Assembly (NCBI GenBank): GCA_039028555.1
Contig: JBCCHW010000001.1
Coordinates: forward strand, 10,589-74,588
Length of the DNA: 64,000 bases
Direction: 5' to 3'
Source of the DNA: Pseudomonadota bacterium
GTDB lineage: Bacteria > Pseudomonadota > Alphaproteobacteria > Rhodobacterales > Rhodobacteraceae
In this document: positions 1 through 9,144 of the stretch, piece after piece
Layout of the letters: each line of letters starts with the position of its first letter
Numbering within the stretch: the first letter of the stretch is position 1
Translations under genes and position numbers: made by a program
Notes under the pieces: generated by a model
The model's database searches: none
What the model saw: the letters and a program-made list of their open reading frames with translations, nothing else
Told to the model about the DNA's origin: nothing

Positions 1-55
1 GCATCCTCACCGCACCTCCCGTGCTGCATACCGCGCTGATCCGGGCGCGACGCGG

Positions 56-1939
56 TTAAGCCCCGGGTCGATACCATATCGGCGAGGTGTAGGCGCGCTC
101 CTGAATCGCCAGCGGCGCCGCCTCTGGCGGGGCGACACCGAAGACCGATGCATCGACCGTGGTCCAACGCGGGGTCGGGATCTCGATCACCCTGACATAG
201 TAAAACGCCCTTTGCGCGGGATCGAAGGCCGGATCCTGCCAATAGGCGGCCATCATCGCCGCGCCGATATCATTGGTCCAGGTGGACTGGGCGGGATCGA
301 TCGTGTTGCCCACCGGCCCATCACAGGTGCCAACCACCAATGCGCGACCGCCACAGGCGACGTCATAGATCTTTTCATGGGTCGCGCCTTCATCATCGAG
401 CCAGCCCTTGATCACCTGCACCCGGTCAAGATTGGCGCCATCGGGATCGCGGAGTGCCCTGATCAGAAACCCTGGCGCGCGCCCGTCTGGATCAGCCGCG
501 AGATCGGCACCCATCGGGACCCCGTTTGCATAGCCATGGGCGGCGAAATCCGACCGTTGCATGTCTTGGGGTCCGAAGTCATATCCCGCAAACACGCGGA
601 CTCTGATCCGGGGTCCGCTGGTCGCATACACTTCGCGGCGAGCCAGCGCGTCCCAGATTGCCTCACGCGTATTCTCGCGCACCCAGACGGCGGCGAGTCC
701 CGCAGCTGAGGTCTGCCAGGCATATTGCGCCACGCTCTCGTCACCGCCGATGCCGCCGATCACCTCGCGAAAGCGGATCGGGTCGGCTGTGGGTTCGAGC
801 GCGGCGACCTTGCCAAAGAAGTTCTCCTCCTGAACGGTCGAGAGCGAGGTGTGGCTGTCGGTCGATCCGATCATGCCAAAGGCGAATGGGTTCGCCCCCA
901 ATGCCGCATCATAGGCAAGACCGCGTTTCAGCGCTTCGCGGGCGTACTCCTTTGGGATCATATCGGGCGTCTTGGGTGCGGGGCCGAGTTGCCCCTTGTC
1001 CCAAGTCTCGAAATCGGCAAACGGGTCGTCGGGCGAGAGCATCGGATGGGCCTCGCCGTCTCCCTTCATCTGCGTCACCTCATAGACGGGTTCCCATCGA
1101 GCTCGGCGGTCGGCGTAACCGGCATCCAACGGCTCTTCGGTACCGAGCTTGGTGTCGTCGAACATCAACCCGTTCGAGAGATTGCCATTATGGGGAATGG
1201 CCAACAGCCGGTTGCCGGTTGTTGCCTCGACCTCCTCCATCCAGGCCCAAAGGTCTTCGGGATCCGCGCTGTCATATTGCGAGAATGGTAGGATCTGGTC
1301 CGCCGCTGTCTTTCCGCCGCGAAAGATGACATTGCGGTGCAGGTTGCTGCGATCATAGGTTGAGGTCCACTCGAACCCGATCAGGGCAGTAAAGGCACCA
1401 GGCGTGTTGTGCCGTTCAGCCGCCGCCGTTATCTCGTGCCAAACCCGGTCGTACAGCCCCTCGACATCGGCGAGCGGGTCGACCCCCTTGGCCTTTGTGA
1501 CCGAGAAGATCTCCCACGCGCCGGCCGGGTCGTTCGCCTCGACCCGTTCGATCAACGAGGCCCCGTACCCGGTCTCGGCCAGCAAAGGGTCGCGTTGGGC
1601 GAGCAGCGGGGCAATACCGAAATTCTCGGCATGGTCAGCGACCACCAAGAAGTCGAGCGGACGTTGCAGGCGCGCGGGCACGCCATTGGACGAGGTCACC
1701 ACATCCCCCCGGGCAAAGCGAAAAGCCTCATCCGGGCCCAGCGTGTTGCCGATCAGTCCGGCATCGGCGGAATAGGCGGTGTGCAGATGAGTATCCCCGA
1801 ACAGAACCTGATTGGGGAAGGCGTCGTCGAGATAGGGGGAATAGGCGGCACTGGCTGGTGGCACTGTGCCGGGGACATCTTCCTGTGCCGTTACTGGTGG
1901 CGCGACCGCGATCGCCAGCCCAAGGATAAGACGGCGCAT
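56..1939 (-). CDS. DUF3604 family secreted PHP-like metallohydrolase
   Basis: Signal peptide MRRLILGLAIAVAPPVTA after a GGAGG RBS. Motifs FGDTHLHTAYSAD, DFLVVADHAE, NLHRNVIFR, IPHNGNLSNG, GSTDSH and QERAYTSPIWY are typical of DUF3604. Confidence 0.85.
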   Translation of the reverse strand: MRRLILGLAIAVAPPVTAQEDVPGTVPPASAAYSPYLDDAFPNQVLFGDTHLHTAYSADAGLIGNTLGPDEAFRFARGDVVTSSNGVPARLQRPLDFLVVADHAENFGIAPLLAQRDPLLAETGYGASLIERVEANDPAGAWEIFSVTKAKGVDPLADVEGLYDRVWHEITAAAERHNTPGAFTALIGFEWTSTYDRSNLHRNVIFRGGKTAADQILPFSQYDSADPEDLWAWMEEVEATTGNRLLAIPHNGNLSNGLMFDDTKLGTEEPLDAGYADRRARWEPVYEVTQMKGDGEAHPMLSPDDPFADFETWDKGQLGPAPKTPDMIPKEYAREALKRGLAYDAALGANPFAFGMIGSTDSHTSLSTVQEENFFGKVAALEPTADPIRFREVIGGIGGDESVAQYAWQTSAAGLAAVWVRENTREAIWDALARREVYATSGPRIRVRVFAGYDFGPQDMQRSDFAAHGYANGVPMGADLAADPDGRAPGFLIRALRDPDGANLDRVQVIKGWLDDEGATHEKIYDVACGGRALVVGTCDGPVGNTIDPAQSTWTNDIGAAMMAAYWQDPAFDPAQRAFYYVRVIEIPTPRWTTVDASVFGVAPPEAAPLAIQERAYTSPIWYRPGA

Positions 1940-2112
1940 GATCGCCCTCCGTTCGTCTCGATTGTCTCCCCACGGGATCAATATAGTTCATTTGGCGAGG
2001 CGGCCAAAACTGTCTGCATTGCGGTGGACAGAAACCGACGATCCGCTTCTTGTCCGCTGGACATCTCTCCCGGCCTCGACAATCCTGATCTCATCCTGCG
2101 GGAGGAACGCAA

Positions 2113-2877
2113 ATGCTGCATATCGAGACCGACGGGCCGGTCAGGATCCTTACCATGGACCGTGCCGAGGCCAAGAACGCCGTGGACCCGGCCCAGGCCG
2201 AGCGCCTTTGTGAGGCCTTCGCCGAGGTCGAGCAGGAAACGAGCATCCTCGCCATCGTCCTGACCGGTGCGGGCGACACATTTTGCGCGGGCGCAGATCT
2301 CAAGGCTGCCGCACGCGGAGAGTTCGACTGGAGCAAGATGCTCCACGAGGGTCCGCTTGGGCCGACACGCTGGCATTTCTCAAAACCGGTGATCGCGGCG
2401 GTCGAGGGGTATTGCGTCGCCGGCGGACTGGAACTGGCCTTGATGTGCGATTTGCGGGTCGCGAGCGAGACGGCGGTCTTTGGCACTTTCGAGCGCCGAT
2501 GGGGGGTGCCACTCGTCGATGGCGGCACGGTTCGGTTACCTCGCATCGTCGGCCAGTCGCGCGCGCTCGACATGGTCCTGACCGGGCGCCCGGTTGATGC
2601 GAGAGAGGCCCTCGCCTTTGGTCTCGCCAATCGCCTGGTTCCCGGCGGAGAGGCGCGGGCGGCGGCGGTGGCCCTCGCCCACGAACTGACGCGCTTCCCG
2701 CAGACCTGTATGCTGAACGATCGCGCATCGGTTCTCGACCAATGGGCGCTGCCGTTGGATGCCGCGCTCCAGAACGAGGCGGAACTCGGCATGGGATCAA
2801 TCGCTGCCGGGGCCAATGCGGGCGCGGGCAGGTTTGCCGCCGGCGCGGGCCGGGGCGGAAACTTCAACGACCACTGA
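2113..2877 (+). CDS. Enoyl-CoA hydratase/isomerase (crotonase) family protein
   Basis: FCAGADLK, KPVIAAVEGYCVAGGLELALMCD and GVPLVDGGTVRLPRIVG; GGAGG RBS. Confidence 0.9.
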   Translation: MLHIETDGPVRILTMDRAEAKNAVDPAQAERLCEAFAEVEQETSILAIVLTGAGDTFCAGADLKAAARGEFDWSKMLHEGPLGPTRWHFSKPVIAAVEGYCVAGGLELALMCDLRVASETAVFGTFERRWGVPLVDGGTVRLPRIVGQSRALDMVLTGRPVDAREALAFGLANRLVPGGEARAAAVALAHELTRFPQTCMLNDRASVLDQWALPLDAALQNEAELGMGSIAAGANAGAGRFAAGAGRGGNFNDH

Positions 2878-2890
2878 CCAAGAGGACTCT

Positions 2891-4240
2891 ATGACCTCCG
2901 AAGCCGAAACCTTTCTGGCCGCGCATCCCGGGATTCGCCATCTCGATGCCTTTCTGATCGATCTGAACGGCCACGCCTTTGGCAAGCGCTATCCGGCGGC
3001 CGAGATCGCCTCGGTCGCCGCCAAGGGCAGCTCGATCTGTGCGGCCATGCAAACAACGGATGTGACCGGTGAGGCCTGGGACACGATGGGCCTTGGTTTC
3101 TCCGACGGTGACCCGGATGACGCGACCGAGATGGTGCCCGGAACACTGGCGCCCATTCCCTGGGCACCCGAGCCGCGCGCGCAATGCCTGATGCGGTTTC
3201 TTCGGCCCCGGGACGGCGGTACAGTCTGGTGGGAACCGCGATTAATTCTCGAGAATGTGCTGGCGCGTTTTGCCGCCGACAAGCTGACTCCCGTCACGGC
3301 GATCGAGCTGGAGTTCCACCTGATCGACGCGGTGCGCGCCAAGGATGGCGCGCCGCAGGCACCGCGCTCGCCCGTCACCGGACGGCGCAGCGAAATGGGC
3401 GAGGTATTCCGCCTCTCGACCATGGAGGAGTTCGGCTCCGTCATCGACGCGATCGAGGCCAATTGCCGGGACCAGCGCCTGCCGGTGACTACCTTGGCCA
3501 AGGAGTTCGGCCCGGGTCAGTACGAGATCAATCTCGCCCATCAGGCAGACGCGGTCGCGGCTGCTGACCATGCTGCCTTGATGCGCCGCGCGGTGATCGG
3601 TACCGCCCGCGCGCATGGTTTCGACGCAACCTTTGCGTCAAAGCCCTTTGCCGATCAGGCCGGGAACGGCTTGCAGGTCAATCTGTCGATTCTTGATGAG
3701 GCGGGCGTGAACATCTTTGACGAGTCGCGCGCAGGCGGGGCCGGGCGGATGGGGCATGCGATTGCGGGCATGCGGGCGCTGTTTGCTGAATCGATGCTTG
3801 TTTTCGCGCCGAGCATCCACGCCTATCGTCGTTTCGAGCCCAACCAGTTCACCCCCGTGACGCTGGACTGGGGGGGTGACAACCGCTCGGTCGCGTTTCG
3901 CGTGCCGGGGTCAGAGCCTGCCAATCGCCGGGTGGAGCACCGCCCGGCGGGTGCCGACTCAAACCCCTATCTGGTCATGGCCGCCGTCCTCGCCGCCGCC
4001 CATCACGGGCTGCAGGCCTGCTTGGATCCCGGGCAACAGGGCAGCGGTAATGTGGGCGAGCAGGCCGATCCCGCCCTGCCGCTTACGTTCTGGCATGCGA
4101 TGGACGCCTTTACGGCCGGCACAGTGCTGAAAGACTATTTCTCCGCGCGCTATATCGAGGCCTATGCCCATGCAAAACAGAGCGAGTTCGACGCGTTCAT
4201 GAGCGCGACCTCGCCCCGGGAGTACGCCTGGTACCTCTGA
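2891..4240 (+). CDS. Glutamine synthetase-like gamma-glutamyl-amine ligase (PuuA-like)
   Basis: IDLNGHAFGK, ELEFHL, EFGPGQYEINL, KPFADQAGNG, WGGDNRSVAFRVP and RVEHRPAGADSNPYL. ATG at 2891 follows AGAGG. Confidence 0.85.
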   Translation: MTSEAETFLAAHPGIRHLDAFLIDLNGHAFGKRYPAAEIASVAAKGSSICAAMQTTDVTGEAWDTMGLGFSDGDPDDATEMVPGTLAPIPWAPEPRAQCLMRFLRPRDGGTVWWEPRLILENVLARFAADKLTPVTAIELEFHLIDAVRAKDGAPQAPRSPVTGRRSEMGEVFRLSTMEEFGSVIDAIEANCRDQRLPVTTLAKEFGPGQYEINLAHQADAVAAADHAALMRRAVIGTARAHGFDATFASKPFADQAGNGLQVNLSILDEAGVNIFDESRAGGAGRMGHAIAGMRALFAESMLVFAPSIHAYRRFEPNQFTPVTLDWGGDNRSVAFRVPGSEPANRRVEHRPAGADSNPYLVMAAVLAAAHHGLQACLDPGQQGSGNVGEQADPALPLTFWHAMDAFTAGTVLKDYFSARYIEAYAHAKQSEFDAFMSATSPREYAWYL

Positions 4241-4248
4241 CAGGGGGG

Positions 4249-5262
4249 TCAGAACCCTTCCAGCACCATCTTGCCCCGTGCCGTCGCCGAGGCGAGGGTC
4301 AGGTGTGCTTTATGCAGGTTCTCGGCATTGATCTGCCCCAGGGCCTCAGTCGCGGTGGAGCGAATCTTGCCATCATCCAATAGTCCTGCGACCTCCGTCA
4401 GGATTGCGCCTTGCCGGGCAATATCGGCGGTTTTGAACACTGGCCGGGTAAACATGAACTCCCAATGGGTCGAGACGGACTTCTGCTTTAGAGGTGAAAT
4501 GTCGAGCGTGACCGGGTCGTCGATCAGACCAAATCGTCCTTGCGGAGCAATAAGCTCGGCGATCTCGGCGATGTATTGATGCGTATGAGTGGTCGAGAAG
4601 ACGGCGCCAGGTGCGCCCACGCCCAACGCCTCGATCTGGGGCGCCAAGGGCGCGCTGTGATCCACCACGTGATGGGCGCCGAGTTCCTTCACCCAATCCT
4701 GCGTTGCCGGTCGGGAGGCGGTTGCGATCACGATCAGATCCGTCAGGGCGCGCAAGAGCTGGATGGCGATCGAGCCGACGCCGCCGGACCCGCCGATGAT
4801 CAGCACCGCTGGTGCTGCGCCGGGCACCGGATCGGTGACCCGCAGCCGGTCGAACAGCATCTCGTGAGCGGTCAGTGTGGTGAGTGGCAGGGCGGCCGCT
4901 TCGGCATCGGAAGCAGAGGCGGGTTTCCGCCCCACGATCCGCTCATCGACCAGATGATATTCGGCATTGGTGCCAGGGCGGTCGATGCTGCCTGCATACC
5001 AGACCTGATCGCCGGGCTGGAACAGGGTCACGGCATCGCCCGTTTCAACCACTTCGCCGACGGCATCGTAGCCAAGGACCTTTGGCTGGTCGCCGTCCGG
5101 CGCGACCCGCTGGCGAACCTTGTAGTCGACGGGATTGACGGAGACGGCGCGGACATGGACCAACAGATCGTGACCCTCAGGTTCGGGCTTCTCGGCCTCG
5201 AAATCCACCAGGGTCTCCGGGTTCTCGATGTCGCCGAGGGTTGTGTAACCAACTGCTTTCAT
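4249..5262 (-). CDS. Zinc-type alcohol dehydrogenase-like / NADPH:quinone reductase (MDR family)
   Basis: VSVNPVDYKVR, LGYDAVG, GGSGGVGSIAIQL and HWEFMFTR. Confidence 0.9.
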   Translation of the reverse strand: MKAVGYTTLGDIENPETLVDFEAEKPEPEGHDLLVHVRAVSVNPVDYKVRQRVAPDGDQPKVLGYDAVGEVVETGDAVTLFQPGDQVWYAGSIDRPGTNAEYHLVDERIVGRKPASASDAEAAALPLTTLTAHEMLFDRLRVTDPVPGAAPAVLIIGGSGGVGSIAIQLLRALTDLIVIATASRPATQDWVKELGAHHVVDHSAPLAPQIEALGVGAPGAVFSTTHTHQYIAEIAELIAPQGRFGLIDDPVTLDISPLKQKSVSTHWEFMFTRPVFKTADIARQGAILTEVAGLLDDGKIRSTATEALGQINAENLHKAHLTLASATARGKMVLEGF

Positions 5263-5300
5263 GATGCTCTCCTAAAAAGAGGCGATACGGGCACCACCGG

Positions 5301-6110
5301 TTATCCAGTGACGCAAAGACGGCTGAGCGTGGCCTTGATATGCGCGATCACCCTGCGCGATGCCGTCGGATCGAGGGCGTCGCGATGGGGATCGGCGAAC
5401 GCGCACCGATCATTATCGAAATAGAGCCCCGAAGCGCCTGAAAACGCGTCATCCATCGCCGCGCGGATCAGGATATCGGCACCCTTGCCAAGGTCACCCC
5501 CTGCGATCCCGAACCCCTCGCTGACCATCTTGCTGCCAAGCAGCGAGCCAGGATTGACGGCGATCACCACCGGGCCGTCGGGAAGATCTGCCGCCAACGC
5601 CCTGCTCCACATGGTGATCGCGAGTTTGCTTTGCGCATAGGCCGAGAGCTCGGAAGTGTGCGTGCGCCCCTCCATCACATCCAGGTTCACGCTTTCCTGC
5701 GCGGCGGAGGAAAGATTGATCACCCGCCCATCGCGGCCCAAAACAGAAAGCAACTGATCCGTGAGCAGATAGGGGGCCAGGGTGTTGACGGCATAGCGGA
5801 TATCGATCCCGTCGGAAGTCAGGGCATGCGGCGCCTTGAGGATTCCAGCATTGTTGATCAGCACATCCAGCCGATCATGGTCGCGGGCGATTGCCTTTGC
5901 CAGATCCGCCACATCCGCCATGTTCGAGAGATCCGCAAGATAACCCGCCACATGTCCAGCAGAAGGCACGCTGGCAACGGCTTCCTTCGCCGCTGCGAGT
6001 TTTGCTGCGTTGCGCCCGTGAAGCAGGACCGAGTGCCCACGAGCCGCCAACCGTTTCGCGGTCTCGAGGCCTATTCCATCGGTTGAGCCGGTAATCAGAA
6101 CGGTCTTCAT
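5301..6110 (-). CDS. Short-chain dehydrogenase/reductase
   Basis: ITGSTDGIG, DVLINNAG and the YAQSK catalytic motif. Confidence 0.9.
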   Translation of the reverse strand: MKTVLITGSTDGIGLETAKRLAARGHSVLLHGRNAAKLAAAKEAVASVPSAGHVAGYLADLSNMADVADLAKAIARDHDRLDVLINNAGILKAPHALTSDGIDIRYAVNTLAPYLLTDQLLSVLGRDGRVINLSSAAQESVNLDVMEGRTHTSELSAYAQSKLAITMWSRALAADLPDGPVVIAVNPGSLLGSKMVSEGFGIAGGDLGKGADILIRAAMDDAFSGASGLYFDNDRCAFADPHRDALDPTASRRVIAHIKATLSRLCVTG

Positions 6111-6137
6111 AGTCTCCCTCCCCACTCGATGGACCTT

Positions 6138-6440
6138 CTAGGCAAGGTCATCATTCCCTTTGATCAAGAAATGATGGCTGATCGATCCATTCGTGCGCGC
6201 CGCAAGATGAGGCTTGTATTGGGGGTCGTCCATAAAGGCCTCTGCGGATTCTTTTGACGGCCATTCAATGATTATCCTGAGGGCGGCTTCATCCCCCGAC
6301 CCTTCCAATCGGCTGTGATCGGAGGTACGCGCGAGATATTTGCCGCCGTGCCGGGCAACCAGAGAATTGGCAATCGGCAGGTAATCGGGAATCCAGTCTT
6401 GATTGGTTGGCGTGACCGCCAAAACGGAAAAATACGTCAT
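6138..6440 (-). CDS. DUF1330 family protein
   Basis: 100 aa with the ARHGGKYLAR, LEG and IIIEWPSKESAEAF..DPQY pattern; GGAG RBS. Confidence 0.85.
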   Translation of the reverse strand: MTYFSVLAVTPTNQDWIPDYLPIANSLVARHGGKYLARTSDHSRLEGSGDEAALRIIIEWPSKESAEAFMDDPQYKPHLAARTNGSISHHFLIKGNDDLA

Positions 6441-6464
6441 CGTGGGTGTCTCCTGGGTTCCGGT

Positions 6465-6752
6465 TCAGGCGATCTTTGTCATCTCGTTCAGGACGAAGGC
6501 ATCAACCGCACCATCGGTGGCTTGCATATAGGCCGCGAGATGCGGGGCGTTCATATGGGTTTGCCAAAGCTCGCGGCTCTCCCAGTTCTCGTAGAAGACA
6601 AAGAACCCCGGTGCCTCGTTGTCGTGATGAAGATCATATTGCAGGCATCCCGGTTCCGCCCGGGTGACGGGCACCAGTTTTTCAAGCTCGGTGCGGACCA
6701 GGTCTTCCTTGCCGGGGGCGGCGGTGATTTGGGCAAGAATGGTGAGCGGCAT
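6465..6752 (-). CDS. Putative quinol monooxygenase (ABM domain)
   Basis: TRAEPGCLQYDLH and FVFYENWESRELWQTHMNAPH. Start MPLTIL follows AGGAG. Confidence 0.88.
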   Translation of the reverse strand: MPLTILAQITAAPGKEDLVRTELEKLVPVTRAEPGCLQYDLHHDNEAPGFFVFYENWESRELWQTHMNAPHLAAYMQATDGAVDAFVLNEMTKIA

Positions 6753-6845
6753 GGGCTTGCTCCTTTTGACAGTTTGACCATTCAGGCATATGACCTTTAA
6801 GGTGACATATCGCAAGTACGCACAATTCCAGCATATAGGCACCAA

Positions 6846-7205
6846 ATGGATACCGATACCGGCCACTCCGATTCCGTTGCTCAACGCTTTGATCGGTATG
6901 ATTGCTCCGACGGCTGCCCGGTCGAGGCGGCGCTGGAACAGATCGCGGGGAAATGGAAGGGGCTGATCCTGTACCACCTGCTGGACGATACTTTGCGGTT
7001 CAACGAATTGCTGCGCAGGGTTGGCAGTGTCACGCAGCGGAGCCTCACCAAACAGTTGCGCGAACTGGAGTCGGACGGGATCGTGCACCGCGAAGTGTTC
7101 GCGGTTGTACCGCCAAAGGTCGAGTATTCCTTGACTGACAAGGGTCGCGAACTGCGCGGGGCATTGGAGGCGCTCCGTCAATGGGGAATCCGACACCCAA
7201 AGTAA
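6846..7205 (+). CDS. HxlR-family winged-helix transcriptional regulator
   Basis: [31 protein letters not shown] and [10 protein letters not shown]. Divergent from the oxidoreductase operon. Confidence 0.93.
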   Translation: MDTDTGHSDSVAQRFDRYDCSDGCPVEAALEQIAGKWKGLILYHLLDDTLRFNELLRRVGSVTQRSLTKQLRELESDGIVHREVFAVVPPKVEYSLTDKGRELRGALEALRQWGIRHPK

Positions 7206-7235
7206 CGACGAGCGTCAAAACGTTCTGCTCGTCCC

Positions 7236-7835
7236 TTATTCGACGATGATAACTTTTCCAGTAAGCGCGCCCTCGACGCTTTTGGCATAAGCGAGCCCGA
7301 CGCGGTGCGACGAGACCGGCTCATGCCCGGGAAAGAACGCGCCATAGCGCGGGGACGAAACCTCGAGCATGCCCGGGCTCACCACGTTGATCCGCTGGCC
7401 GCGCGGCATCTCGATTGCTGCCCCGGTCACGAAACCTCCAAGCGCGCCATTTGCCGTCGCCGCACCGGCGCCCTGCCGGATCGGATCCCGGTCCAACACC
7501 CCGCTCGTCAGCGTAAAGGACCCATCATCGGTCAAATGGGGAATACCTGCGAGGACCAGGTTGACCTGTCCCATCACCTTGTTCGTAAGCCCGATCATGA
7601 AAGTCTCTTCCGTGAAATCAGTCAGGAGGCCAAAATGCACCGCGCCAGCGGTCGCGACGACCGCATCGACGGGGCCGGTTCGGGTATACATCGCCTCGAC
7701 CGAGGCGCGGTCCGACATGTCGACCTGTACGTCGCCGCTCGAACGCCCCGCCGTGATCAGATCATGCCGCGGGCCGAGCTCTTCACAGACAGCGCGACCG
7801 ATATCGCCCTCGGCGCCCACCACGATGATTCGCAT
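7236..7835 (-). CDS. Short-chain dehydrogenase (short atypical SDR)
   Basis: VVGAEGDIG, NKVMGQVNLV, GSFTLTSG and RINVVSPG. Confidence 0.85.
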   Translation of the reverse strand: MRIIVVGAEGDIGRAVCEELGPRHDLITAGRSSGDVQVDMSDRASVEAMYTRTGPVDAVVATAGAVHFGLLTDFTEETFMIGLTNKVMGQVNLVLAGIPHLTDDGSFTLTSGVLDRDPIRQGAGAATANGALGGFVTGAAIEMPRGQRINVVSPGMLEVSSPRYGAFFPGHEPVSSHRVGLAYAKSVEGALTGKVIIVE

Positions 7836-7943
7836 GCTGTTCCCTTTCGCTCACTCGTTTGTCAGGCCTCAACTAAGCATCCGGTCACAGCAATCCAACC
7901 CGCCCGGGTCCAGACAGGGGAAACAGGCGCGACGGCATGCCCG

Positions 7944-8801
7944 TCAGGCGGCGGCGCGCCCCTGTTTGTCGCGGCTGTCCTTGACGATGGTCACCCGGTT
8001 CATGCAGCGATACTGCGGCAGATAATCCGCAACGGCGTAATGCATCGTCACCCGGTTGTCCCACATGGCCATATCGCCCGCCTGCCAGCGCCAGCGGATC
8101 TGATCTTCGGGTTGGTTCATGTGATAGGCGAGGAAGGTTCTCAACGCCGCCGCTTCACCCGTGGTCATGCCCACGATGTGAGTCACGAAAGCCTCGTTGA
8201 AGTTGAGGAACTTGCGCCCCGTTACCGGATGGGTGCCGATCAGCGGGCGTATCTTGTGACCGAAACGCCCGGCGGCGCTGTTGAGCCGGTCCTCGCCCGA
8301 TTGCCCATTTTTTTCATCGGCGAAATTGTTGCGGAAATCGCCGAAGTCGTGGATGGCTTCCAGCCCTTCGAGGTCGCTTTTCATGCCGTCCGACAGCCGG
8401 TCATAGGCGGCGTAACAACTCGACCACATGGTGTCGCCACCGACCTCCGGGACATGTCGCGCGACGAGGACCGAGGCAAAGGGCTGCTCGGCCTTATAGG
8501 TCAGATCGGTATGCCAGCTATTGGTATCCGGCGGGGTGCCCGAGTCATTCTCCAGCAGCATGATCTGCTCATAGCCCTCGACATGGGGGTAGAGCAGATG
8601 CGGCTCGTCGAGTTGACCGAACCCTTCGGCAAAGGCGAGATGCTGCGCCGGGCTGATTTCGATGCCGCGAAAAAAGATCACCTGATTGTCGAGCAGAGCT
8701 TTGTAAATCGCATCATGGATTGCCGGGGCTAGGGGCTGGGAAAAATCCACCCCCGTGATCTCGGCACCGATTGCGGCTGTGATTTTGGACGTTTTAATCA
8801 T
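7944..8801 (-). CDS. TauD/TfdA family 2-oxoglutarate/Fe(II) dioxygenase
   Basis: IGAEITGVD, WHTD (HxD), GGDTMW, HPVTGRK and WDNRVTMHYA. Confidence 0.92.
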   Translation of the reverse strand: MIKTSKITAAIGAEITGVDFSQPLAPAIHDAIYKALLDNQVIFFRGIEISPAQHLAFAEGFGQLDEPHLLYPHVEGYEQIMLLENDSGTPPDTNSWHTDLTYKAEQPFASVLVARHVPEVGGDTMWSSCYAAYDRLSDGMKSDLEGLEAIHDFGDFRNNFADEKNGQSGEDRLNSAAGRFGHKIRPLIGTHPVTGRKFLNFNEAFVTHIVGMTTGEAAALRTFLAYHMNQPEDQIRWRWQAGDMAMWDNRVTMHYAVADYLPQYRCMNRVTIVKDSRDKQGRAAA

Positions 8802-9144
8802 CGCGGGCTCCGTAATAGCATGTTTTTCACATCGCAATCTCAGGCAGGCCCGCCTGCGGCGTCAACCTCACCTGCGACGCGTTTTGTCGTTTCAGTGGCG
8901 CGCGATCGAGATGGGCAGGTTAATAAAACCAAAAACTGGCGTTGCGCAAACCGTCCAGCTTTCGGGGTTGGGTCAACAACCCTGGGAAGAGATCCAACCT
9001 CGTGATACAATGTCGTGGAATCGCCCGCTGCTTCGATGGAAGGAGGCCATTAAAAATGGGGCCGGACACCCTAGAATGGCCATTTCTCGCATGAGCGTCT
9101 GAAAAGACTCTGCGAAAAGCTCGATTCTGCTGTAAAAACAGATC

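Noticed and set aside
2891-4240. Housekeeping glutamine synthetase glnA
   Set aside because: It lacks the GSI N-terminal FDGSS motif and the adenylylation-site context. It fits gamma-glutamyl-amine ligases.
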